DNA of 64,000 nt, from positions 17,939 through 81,938 of the forward strand of contig JBBRWS010000004.1 in the NCBI GenBank assembly GCA_038249055.1. The letters run 5' to 3'. How positions within the stretch are numbered: the first letter of the stretch is position 1; every line of letters starts with the position of its first letter. This document shows, piece after piece, positions 28,853-37,443 of the stretch. A program made the position numbers and the translations under genes. A model generated the notes under the pieces. The model saw only the letters and a program-made list of their open reading frames with translations. It was not told where the DNA came from and searched no databases. Source of the stretch: Minisyncoccia bacterium (GTDB lineage: Bacteria; Patescibacteriota; Minisyncoccia; Phycocordibacterales; UBA9973).

Positions 28853-29953
28853 TCATGAAGTAATAATATCAGAGATTAATAAGTCGATTATTTTCTTATT
28901 TACATGTTGCATTACAACAATATGAGCTCTATCATTTTTTGTAGCAAGTTGCCACTTATTAATGATATTTTTTGATGGCTTATCAAAAGTTACAATATTT
29001 GAATTAATATTTAACTTAGGATTATAATGTATATCCATAAGCATCTTTTCCAAATATTTTGCATTTTCAATACATTCGATAGCTTCTTTTTTGAATCCGA
29101 TAATTCCCTTATTGTTTATTAATGCCCACAAAAATACTGCGAGCTGGCCATTTCTGGAGCCTGAGATAGTTGTATCGTCTGAGTCTATATATTCTATACA
29201 GTCGACAAAACTACCATGCGGTTTTTCTTTTGAAAGAAAAACACCAGAAGGAAAGGGGATACCAAAAAATTTATGAGCTGAGAGAGAAATACTATTAATA
29301 GGTTTATTAAAATTTAATTCATGTTCAATGCCTAAAAAGGGAAGAAACCCTCCAAATAAGGCTGCATCACAGTGAATATAAAAATTTTCATGTGATGTTT
29401 CTTTGAGTATGGATAAAACTTTATCAACATCATCAATAGCTCCATCAAAAGTAGTTCCTATAGTTAAATTAAGAATAGGAATTTTTCTTTCCTTGGATAA
29501 GAGATCATAAAGGTTTTCATAATTCATTTCACCATTTGATGATTCAACTTCCGCATATGGAACATTAAGAATAACTGAATTTTTCTTAATTGAATAATGC
29601 CCATCTGCTGAGTAAATTACTCCATCTGGATACTTGTTTCTTCCAAGAAGAAGCCCCATCAAATTACTTTCTGTTCCACCATTCGTAAGGTATCCCCACG
29701 AATTTTGGTCAAGGTTATAAATTCCTTTAAAGAATTCGAGCACTTTTTGCTCATATTCTTTTGAGTGCATTCTGTACGAACCATCCGTACAGCTTGGATC
29801 ACCTACATTGTTAATAACAAAATCAAAGAATTTATAAAATTCTGAAAAATCATTATTAAGATTACCAGGAAAACCTAGCATAAATGGAGCACTAGATTGC
29901 AGTCGCCAGTAAAACTGGCGCATTTCATCAGTCAACGTTATTAAAGCTTTCAT
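28853..29953 (-). CDS. PLP-dependent histidine decarboxylase-family (group II) decarboxylase
   Basis: SWGYLTNGGTESNLMGLLLGR and PLP-Lys context ISLSAHKFFGIPFPSGVFL. Close to bacterial HdcA (about 378 aa). Confidence 0.75.
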   Translation of the reverse strand: MKALITLTDEMRQFYWRLQSSAPFMLGFPGNLNNDFSEFYKFFDFVINNVGDPSCTDGSYRMHSKEYEQKVLEFFKGIYNLDQNSWGYLTNGGTESNLMGLLLGRNKYPDGVIYSADGHYSIKKNSVILNVPYAEVESSNGEMNYENLYDLLSKERKIPILNLTIGTTFDGAIDDVDKVLSILKETSHENFYIHCDAALFGGFLPFLGIEHELNFNKPINSISLSAHKFFGIPFPSGVFLSKEKPHGSFVDCIEYIDSDDTTISGSRNGQLAVFLWALINNKGIIGFKKEAIECIENAKYLEKMLMDIHYNPKLNINSNIVTFDKPSKNIINKWQLATKNDRAHIVVMQHVNKKIIDLLISDIITS

Positions 29954-30140
29954 ATTGCTTATATTTAATTTTTAGGGCAAAATTGCCAACTATCCTTACT
30001 TAAAATGATACTACGCTAAATTACATTAGTCAATATGGCTGAATAATGTCTAAATGCATTTAGCACTTTTGTATATTTTGTATGCTATCGCACATATACT
30101 GTTTTTTTGCGAGTGGAGAAAAAATAAATAAAATTATATG

Positions 30141-30296
30141 ATATAATACGACCTATATGACATGGTTTATTATTGTAGTTGGAGCTTCATTTTTATGGGT
30201 ATTGGTAAATATTGCCAATCAATACCTTGTTTCTAAATTTTCTCAAAAGGAAAAGAGTTCCGGTGGTCTTGTTTTATTTTCTAGTCTCAGAAGTAT
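30141..30296 (+). repeat. diverged direct duplication (copy A) of the EamA-transporter promoter-proximal region and 5' coding end
   Basis: About 80% nt identity to 37295-37443. The atataatac...atgacatggttt stretch is shared. Confidence 0.7.
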
Positions 30297-30342
30297 GTTT
30301 ATTAGTATTTTTAATGTTTCTAGTTTATATACATTAATTTAA
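30157..30342 (+). pseudogene. N-terminal fragment / paralog of the EamA-like transporter gene (61 codons)
   Basis: MTWFIIVVGASFLWVLVNIANQYLVSKFSQKEKSSGGLVLFSSL compared with MTWFFIALGAPFLWAIVNIADQFLVSKYSEKEKERSSGGLVLFSSL at 37304. It then diverges and stops. Confidence 0.6.
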
Positions 30343-30407
30343 TTAATCTCATGAGGTTTATTTATTCTTAGGGTTATTTTATAAATTTAAAATATTTTTA
30401 ATAAATT

Positions 30408-31616
30408 ATGGAAATCAATATTACTTTATCGGATGAGGAATTAAAAGAAATAGCTTTAAAGCAGAATAAATCGATTGAGGAGGTTGCGAATGATTATAAG
30501 CACATGATAAAAGATTTAGGTTATTCAAATAAAAAACTTAACGAAATAATCGAGAACTCCGCCTATATCAGGTTTCCTAATAATTTTTTACTACACGGAT
30601 ACGGTAAAAACAACGAGCTTAACTCAAAATACTTATGCTATGATAATTTAGATATTTTTAATGAAATTCCAAAAACCGAGTTAGCTATAGTTACAGGATT
30701 CGGTCCTACTAATTCTCCAACCGCTGGTACGCTGTGTTCAATTTTTAGAGTACTTGAACTTCAAAAACTAACTGGAATTTATACTCATATAATTATTTCA
30801 GAATTAAGTGCATTAAATTCAAGACAAAAGCCATTAAATGAACTAATAAAAAATTCTCATCAGTTTATATCATTTATTAAAAAATTAGGCTTTGATGAGA
30901 AAAATGGTGAGATTAGAACACACAACCACCATGATCATTCTCGGGTATTTTCACTTGTTTCTAGTGTTTTAAGTATTAGTGATTTGCTCGAAAAAATAGA
31001 AGTCACCAATGATACGTATAAAAGACTGCAATTACTTGGAAACGATTTCTCAAAAATGGTGAGCAGAACATATACAATGACAGACATTATATTACCAATA
31101 GTACGTGATAAAAAACGAGGAGTAATAGTTCCATTAGGATTGGAAGAACACCACCATCCTCATTTAGCGAGAATAGCACTAAATAGAATGAAACTAAAAA
31201 TAGGAGGTCTGGATAGTTTAGTTAAACACGACGCTGAAATTGGAGCATTACACGGGAAGCTTATTAGCGGTTTCTTTCCTTATGTTAAAATGTCAAAAAG
31301 TATTCCTGATTCTTCAATAAATCTAGGAGATAGTGAAGAAGAATTACATAAAAAAATAATAGAATGCGGGATAAGAAATGAAGAGGTTATTTTACAAATG
31401 ATGATACTTGCTTCCAATTGGAGTCCTGATAGATTAAATGAGGCAAAAAGTGCCTTTGAAAATTTAACAATAGATTACAAGCGATGGGAAAAGATAAAAT
31501 ATGACTATTTAAAGTTTTTTACTGAAATTAAAACTCTTTGGGAGGAGTCAAAATATGATAAAGAAATTAATACACACGAAGAGCTATTTTCAAATATAGG
31601 GGACACGGAAAAATAA
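30408..31616 (+). CDS. divergent tryptophanyl-tRNA-synthetase-like class I aaRS paralog (402 aa, N-terminal extension)
   Basis: Degenerate HIGH region TGFGPTNSPTAGTL (compare TrpRS TGxxPSGxxTIGN). KMSKS is intact (YVKMSKSIPDS). Confidence 0.55.
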   Translation: MEINITLSDEELKEIALKQNKSIEEVANDYKHMIKDLGYSNKKLNEIIENSAYIRFPNNFLLHGYGKNNELNSKYLCYDNLDIFNEIPKTELAIVTGFGPTNSPTAGTLCSIFRVLELQKLTGIYTHIIISELSALNSRQKPLNELIKNSHQFISFIKKLGFDEKNGEIRTHNHHDHSRVFSLVSSVLSISDLLEKIEVTNDTYKRLQLLGNDFSKMVSRTYTMTDIILPIVRDKKRGVIVPLGLEEHHHPHLARIALNRMKLKIGGLDSLVKHDAEIGALHGKLISGFFPYVKMSKSIPDSSINLGDSEEELHKKIIECGIRNEEVILQMMILASNWSPDRLNEAKSAFENLTIDYKRWEKIKYDYLKFFTEIKTLWEESKYDKEINTHEELFSNIGDTEK

Positions 31617-31650
31617 AAAAACACTACAATATAAGATTATTGTAGTGTTT
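31614..31650. terminator. bidirectional terminator between the convergent TrpRS-like gene and trpS
   Basis: aaaaaaacactacaat ataagatt attgtagtgttt. Confidence 0.8.
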
Positions 31651-31678
31651 CTAGATTTCAGTTTGTTGAGAAAAAAAA

Positions 31679-32686
31679 TTAATTTTCTTCAAAACCCATG
31701 GCTTTTTCAACTCTTTGGATAACCTCATTGGCATTTGCGCGAGCAATAGAGATGCCTTTTTTCAAAACTTCAGCCACTTGTTCATCTGAAATTTGTGTGC
31801 GTCTCTTTTGAAAAGAAGTAGTGAACTCAATGATAATATCAGCAACAAGTGTTTTGAATTTACCCATCACTTTCTCACCATTGAGATGTTGTTCAATAAG
31901 CGCATTAACTTCGCCTAATCTTTCTGGAGCGATAGCTTTTACAATAGCAACAAGATTGTCGAGCTTTTCACTTGTTTGCCCTTCGATGGCAGTCTCAGCT
32001 CTTTTCATTTTCTTTCTGATGTCTTCTGGACTATCATTAAGAAAAATTGCTCCTTCTGGTTTACTCTTGCTCATTTTTCCATCCCCAGTTAGTGACAAAA
32101 TGTTTACTGGTTCGTCGATGTTCATGGTTTCTGGACGGACAACAATTTTTCCGCCATTGCCATACTTGTTATTAAAAGCGTCAGCAAGTTCGCGAGCAAC
32201 TTCCATATGAGAAAATTGATCTTTTCCTACTGGAACCAACTGAGCATCCTGCAAGAGAATATCAGCTGCCATCATAATTGGATATGCCATAAGGAGGACG
32301 GTTGCTTGTTCTGGATTTTGTCCATCTTTTAATTTTTCCTTCAAAGTTGGCACGCGAGTCGCACGAGAAACAGTAATATGACGCTCGAGATAAAGTTTGA
32401 GCAAGGCAACCTCTTTGCGGAGACCACGTTGGTCAAAGATAACTATTTTCGATGGGTCTAATCCCAAAGCAATATAGTCCTTCACGATATCGCCTACTTT
32501 TAACTGTTCGGGTTCATGATCTGTTAGACCATGTAGAGTTGCAACGAAAACTAAAATTTCGCTTGATTCATTCAGCTTCTGCAATTCCAACAAAGGAAAT
32601 GTAGCACCAATCAAATTAGCGATAGTCAGGGTTGCAGTAGGTCTGATTCCTGTCAAAATTCTTTTCTTTGATTCTATTTTTTCCAT
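31679..32686 (-). CDS. trpS: tryptophanyl-tRNA synthetase
   Basis: RILTGIRPTATLTIANLIGA (a TIGN-type HIGH variant, as in Bacillus TrpRS) and KMSKSKPEGAIFL. Confidence 0.85.
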   Translation of the reverse strand: MEKIESKKRILTGIRPTATLTIANLIGATFPLLELQKLNESSEILVFVATLHGLTDHEPEQLKVGDIVKDYIALGLDPSKIVIFDQRGLRKEVALLKLYLERHITVSRATRVPTLKEKLKDGQNPEQATVLLMAYPIMMAADILLQDAQLVPVGKDQFSHMEVARELADAFNNKYGNGGKIVVRPETMNIDEPVNILSLTGDGKMSKSKPEGAIFLNDSPEDIRKKMKRAETAIEGQTSEKLDNLVAIVKAIAPERLGEVNALIEQHLNGEKVMGKFKTLVADIIIEFTTSFQKRRTQISDEQVAEVLKKGISIARANANEVIQRVEKAMGFEEN

Positions 32687-32883
32687 GGTTATATTTTTTA
32701 ATGAATTTATAGTGAATTATATCATTTTATGAGAAAATGTCAATGCTATAAATCTGATTAATTCTAATAATATCAGTATAGTTTTTTACTTTAAAATAAG
32801 CAAACTCAAATGTATCGTTATAATACAATTTATTGACACTTAATCTATTCATTGATATAATATTGTTTACTAAATTAAATATT

Positions 32884-34008
32884 ATGTATAATACTTTTTT
32901 AAGTGATAAAAATATTAGAGAACCGTACGAAACATTTTACAAACTGAATATTGGTTTATCGATTGATGAGTTTGAAGCACAAAACGCTATGCTGGAAATC
33001 TTTAATGAAAAAGACTTACAGAAAAAAACATATCTATTGACAATGTTACTAAATGGAATAATGATTAAGGGTCCTTCTGTGTCTGAGGTAAAAGGTTTAA
33101 TTAATGCTTCTTTATCCTTAGATGGTATACAAAAAAAACAAAAAATTACATTACCAAATAATGAATTGTTGGTTGGCGTAGCTGGTAGTGGAAAAAAGGG
33201 TTTTAAAACTATAAACATAACTACACCTGCTAGTTTTGTTGCTGCTGCCTGTGGTGCATATGTTGCAAAAGCGTGTTCTCATTCGACGTCGTCAAAAACA
33301 GGTTCCTCCGATTTTTTAGAATTAGTAGGTATTAATATAGATATTCCTTTTGTGGAAAAAGTAGAAATTTTGAAAAAGAAGAAAATTTCTTTTTTTTCAA
33401 TTGAGGATACTACTCCAAAATTTGCGGATGTTTATGGGGGTATATTTCATGCACCGCATGCAATGAGTTTTGCTTTGGCTGGGCTTAGCTTTCCGATACA
33501 AATTGATACTCTTGTGTATGGTTTATCACATCCTAATATTAAATTGTCTTTAGAGGTATATAAAGAATATGGTTTTAAAAATGTTTTAGTCTACTCATCT
33601 AGTGAGGATGGGGTACATTTTTTAGACGAACTCTCCATATCCGGGCGTGTAAATATCATTGGTATGAAAAATTATAAAGTTGGACAAACAGTATCAGCTA
33701 ACATAATAGATGAGTTTCCTTTTTTCTCAAATAGTAATTTAAAAGAATTAGCAGAAAAGGAATATCCAATTGATAACGTGAAATGTTCTCTAAAGGTACT
33801 TAATGGTACAGGTCTAAAAAGTCATATTGAAACTATATGTCTTAATGCGGCACCAATTATTCTTGCGGCTGGAAAAGTCAATTCATTAAAAGAGGGATAT
33901 TTGTTGGCAAAGAAAAATATTGAAAATGGAGAAGTATTTAAATTATTTTTAGAAGTTGTTGAATTGTATGGAGGAGATAGAAATAAAATATATAATATAA
34001 TTGACTGA
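32884..34008 (+). CDS. TrpD-like glycosyltransferase-family-3 protein, paralog 2 (degenerate GTGGD); the ORF could begin at 32833
   Basis: VGVAGSGKKGFKTINITTPASFVAAACGAYVAKACSHSTSSKTGSSDFLELVGI. Confidence 0.6.
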   Translation: MYNTFLSDKNIREPYETFYKLNIGLSIDEFEAQNAMLEIFNEKDLQKKTYLLTMLLNGIMIKGPSVSEVKGLINASLSLDGIQKKQKITLPNNELLVGVAGSGKKGFKTINITTPASFVAAACGAYVAKACSHSTSSKTGSSDFLELVGINIDIPFVEKVEILKKKKISFFSIEDTTPKFADVYGGIFHAPHAMSFALAGLSFPIQIDTLVYGLSHPNIKLSLEVYKEYGFKNVLVYSSSEDGVHFLDELSISGRVNIIGMKNYKVGQTVSANIIDEFPFFSNSNLKELAEKEYPIDNVKCSLKVLNGTGLKSHIETICLNAAPIILAAGKVNSLKEGYLLAKKNIENGEVFKLFLEVVELYGGDRNKIYNIID

Positions 34009-34915
34009 GAAAAATAGACAAGTTATGAATACAATACACAATAACAATCGTCATCCAGAAATTTTTCTGGGAACTTGGCGTATGGGAGGGGATGTTGAGG
34101 TAAATCCAAACAATGACGATGGAAGAGATGTTGACGCTATAAAATATGCAATTACTAGGGGTATTTCTCATATTGATACCTCAGAAAGTTATGCAAATGG
34201 CAAAACCGAGTTACTCATCAGTGATGCAATAAGACAATTTTCTAGAGATAGGTATTTTATAGCAACCAAAGTTCGTGAATACAATCTCTCTTATGATAAT
34301 ATCATTCGCTCTTGTATGAAATCTCTAGAAAGGCTAAATGTGTCATATATTGATTTATATTATATTCACAAACAAAATCCTCTTGTTGCAATAGAAGATA
34401 TCGCGAGAGCATTAAATAAACTGATGGAAATGGGTCTAATTAAAAATGTGGGGTTAAGTAATGTTGGAATTAATACAATAAAAAAATATTCCCAACTACT
34501 AAATAAACCAGTGTATGCGGTTCAAAATCAATATAATCTAGTCTGTCGTGAATCGCAAAGAAAGGGTATTATAGATTATTGTAAAAAAAATGGCATTAAG
34601 TTCATTGCGTGGAGACCTGTTCTACTTTCGTATCCCGGAGTCATAGACCCTTATTATCGTACTGGCACATATCAACTTCTAGATGAAATGGCTCAAAAGT
34701 ACAATAAATCAAATACTCAAATTGTAGCTAAATGGCTTTTACAGCAAGATGGTGTTTCAATTGTTTTTAAAAGTTCAAATAAAAAACATATTGATGAGAT
34801 TTTAGATGTAGACAATTTTAATCTTTCTGAAGCTGATTGGAATATCTTAGATAAAAATTTTCCAGTACAAAAAGATGTCGGATGTACTGCTGATGCATAC
34901 TTTGAGGTGTCATAA
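34001..34915 (+). CDS. aldo/keto reductase
   Basis: IDTSESYANGKTELLI...IATK and the wider aldo-keto reductase (AKR) fold pattern. It overlaps the upstream gene by 8 nt. Confidence 0.8.
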   Translation: MTEKNRQVMNTIHNNNRHPEIFLGTWRMGGDVEVNPNNDDGRDVDAIKYAITRGISHIDTSESYANGKTELLISDAIRQFSRDRYFIATKVREYNLSYDNIIRSCMKSLERLNVSYIDLYYIHKQNPLVAIEDIARALNKLMEMGLIKNVGLSNVGINTIKKYSQLLNKPVYAVQNQYNLVCRESQRKGIIDYCKKNGIKFIAWRPVLLSYPGVIDPYYRTGTYQLLDEMAQKYNKSNTQIVAKWLLQQDGVSIVFKSSNKKHIDEILDVDNFNLSEADWNILDKNFPVQKDVGCTADAYFEVS

Positions 34916-34937
34916 TAAAATAAAAATATAAAACTAT

Positions 34938-36032
34938 ATGAAAAAAGAACATAGTACCGTACTAGAATTAGTAAAATATGGTAACAAAAAAATAGATAAG
35001 TTATTGGAGATACTTGACGATAAAACCATAAATTGGATCGAGGTCTTGGGATACCTGTGTTATCATCGTGTTAGTGGGCTTGCCTATGAGATTATGAACT
35101 CAATTGAGGTAAGGAAGCTCGATTTTCCTGTATTTTTTACAATATATATGATTCATGAGTCTCAAGGAATAAGAACAAATTTGCAAAAAGAATATATAAA
35201 AATAATTTCTTCTAAATTATGCGAAGCTAATATAAAGCATGTTTTCTTAAAGGGGTCTGTTTTATCAAGTACTATTTATCCGATAGGCGCTAGGGCCTCT
35301 AATGATATTGATATATTGGTATCAAAAAAATCAATTTTAGAAGCTAAAAATGTATTGAATGATTTAGGGTTTTTGCAGGGTAAATATGATTACAAAAAAG
35401 ATGCCATCGATGAGGCTGACCAAGATGCACTTACAAAAAGTCTGAACACTAGAGGCGAAATGTTTCCATTTATTAAAATAATTAACGAGAGAACCGCTAA
35501 AACTATAGATGTTGATGTTAATTTCTCACTAGATTGGACACCAAATTCTTCGGATAGCGCAGTTGATTATTTTTTAGAAGAACGAACTCTTCTTCCTGTT
35601 GATGGAGATTTTTCAATTTATTCTTTAACAGAAGAACATTTATTTATCCATTTGTGTAGCCACCTATACAAAGATGCGGCTTTATTAGACATTGTGAAAA
35701 AAAGAAAAGTACTAGACCTGTATAAATTTGTTGATATATATACATTTATTCAAAAGTATTTCGAGCGGATTAATATTGAAAAGATATATAAAGATTCTGT
35801 AAAATATGGTTTTGATAAAAATGTTTTCTTCACACTAAATTACACCTCTATAATTTTTCCAGAGATATTGGAAATACCTAATGTTGTTTTACTTCATAAA
35901 AAATTTAATTATATAAACGATAATGTTATGGAAGAAATTTTTGACCAGGATAATCCTGAAAACAAAATGATAGATAGAGGTGGTTTAATTGATAGATTAT
36001 TTTCGTATGATATCATAAATAAATATAACTAA
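34938..36032 (+). CDS. Pol-beta-superfamily nucleotidyltransferase (NTP_transf_5 / PF14907-like)
   Basis: FLKGSVLSSTIYPIGARASNDIDILV carries the GS...DxD nucleotidyltransferase signature. Confidence 0.55.
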   Translation: MKKEHSTVLELVKYGNKKIDKLLEILDDKTINWIEVLGYLCYHRVSGLAYEIMNSIEVRKLDFPVFFTIYMIHESQGIRTNLQKEYIKIISSKLCEANIKHVFLKGSVLSSTIYPIGARASNDIDILVSKKSILEAKNVLNDLGFLQGKYDYKKDAIDEADQDALTKSLNTRGEMFPFIKIINERTAKTIDVDVNFSLDWTPNSSDSAVDYFLEERTLLPVDGDFSIYSLTEEHLFIHLCSHLYKDAALLDIVKKRKVLDLYKFVDIYTFIQKYFERINIEKIYKDSVKYGFDKNVFFTLNYTSIIFPEILEIPNVVLLHKKFNYINDNVMEEIFDQDNPENKMIDRGGLIDRLFSYDIINKYN

Positions 36033-36046
36033 TAATTGAAATTCCT

Positions 36047-37210
36047 ATGAATAATTTAACCTTAAGCACAGAATTATCTGAAATATTTAGTTGTAGTATT
36101 AAAACTATAAAAAATGATTTAAACCATACATTTCATACGATGATGAGTGATAGTCTGACGACAACTATTACATGTAACTATGCCTTATGTTCTGATCATT
36201 TGAAGGAATTCAGTAGTACTTTTAATGCTCTGATGAAACCTTCGCAGAATAATAGTCGTACTATCATTAGTGCTTTTGTTTTAGAAAATGAAGATATTTT
36301 CCAAAAAATAGAATCTGTGTTTCTATATGAAGGTTGGTCAAAGAACAGTGATATAAATAAATTTAATTTAGCAACTCATGATACATCCAGAGCTAAATGC
36401 ACAGCTGAAAATAAGTTTTACATAATTAAATGCTATGATCATTTTTATTATATTTATAACACAGAATCTAATGAGTGCCTGCTTGTAGTAAAGGACGAAA
36501 AAAAAGCTTTGACTATGATTAATATTTTATTACTATCGCCATATTTATCATATGGTGATTTATATGCTATCCATGGTGGATTGGTAAGTAATGGAAATAA
36601 TAATATCCTTCTTACTAATTTATCTTTGGGTGGAAAAACCACATTTGCTTTGCTTTTTTTAGAAAATGGATGGAAAATTGTGACAGAGGAAACTACATAT
36701 ATTACAAAACATGGACAGATACTAAATTATAATATAAGAAATTATTTCAATATCAGAGTTGGTACATATTTGGAATTTAAAGATTTTTTTATGAAAGCTG
36801 GTATTGTTAATGACTTCTTTTTAAGTATGGCAAACATGGATAAAAATGAATTATTTAAACTTGGGAAGAAAGAACAAATGCTAATATATTTTGATATTTT
36901 ATCTAAGGATAAAGCTAATTTACCAAATGATCAGATAACCCATACATTAAGAGTTTCTCTTGATAAAAACAAATCCGGTATTACGATTGAGAGTAGTAGT
37001 GGTCATGAAGAGATTGTCGACGGGTTCCTAGAAATAAGTTTTGCACCAACTGTTACACTTTTTAAAGGTCTGTTAAAGATAACTAATGTAGTTAAAGAAA
37101 AAAGTAAAAATGGGTTAATGCAAATATTCAAAACTGTAAAAAGTTACTCGTTAATATCTGGTCTTGATTACAGAAAAAATTTTGATTTTCTAATACAAGA
37201 AATAAAGTAA
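36047..37210 (+). CDS. HPr-kinase/phosphorylase C-domain-like P-loop protein
   Basis: IHGGLVSNGNNNILLTNLSLGGKTTFALLFLENGWKIVTEETTYI compared with the HprK_C consensus lHG..v...g.GvLltG.SGiGKSe.aLeLi.rGh.LvaDD.v. Confidence 0.5.
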   Translation: MNNLTLSTELSEIFSCSIKTIKNDLNHTFHTMMSDSLTTTITCNYALCSDHLKEFSSTFNALMKPSQNNSRTIISAFVLENEDIFQKIESVFLYEGWSKNSDINKFNLATHDTSRAKCTAENKFYIIKCYDHFYYIYNTESNECLLVVKDEKKALTMINILLLSPYLSYGDLYAIHGGLVSNGNNNILLTNLSLGGKTTFALLFLENGWKIVTEETTYITKHGQILNYNIRNYFNIRVGTYLEFKDFFMKAGIVNDFFLSMANMDKNELFKLGKKEQMLIYFDILSKDKANLPNDQITHTLRVSLDKNKSGITIESSSGHEEIVDGFLEISFAPTVTLFKGLLKITNVVKEKSKNGLMQIFKTVKSYSLISGLDYRKNFDFLIQEIK

Positions 37211-37294
37211 ATAAAACTCCTTTATAAAGATTTTAGTAAAGTTTTAGAAGAAGCATGTCTGTATATTAAAACAATATAAAGATTTTATGTTACA

Positions 37295-37443
37295 ATATAA
37301 TACATGACATGGTTTTTTATTGCACTTGGAGCTCCATTTTTATGGGCAATTGTAAATATTGCGGATCAGTTTCTAGTTTCTAAATATTCAGAAAAAGAAA
37401 AGGAGAGGAGCTCTGGGGGGCTTGTTTTATTTTCTAGTCTCAT
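37295..37443 (+). repeat. diverged direct duplication (copy B) at the start of the full-length EamA transporter gene
   Basis: Pairs with 30141-30296. Confidence 0.7.

Noticed and set aside
34938-37210. Lasso-peptide (RiPP) biosynthetic cluster.
   Set aside because: The kinase/nucleotidyltransferase pairing resembles tailoring pairs in such clusters. But no transglutaminase-like B protein, asparagine-synthetase-like C protein, PqqD-like recognition-element protein or ABC exporter is present nearby.
30141-37443. Interpreting the 150-bp duplication as a transposon target-site duplication.
   Set aside because: It is far too long, and at ~80% identity too diverged, for a target-site duplication. 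No transposase, integrase or terminal inverted repeats are present in the block.
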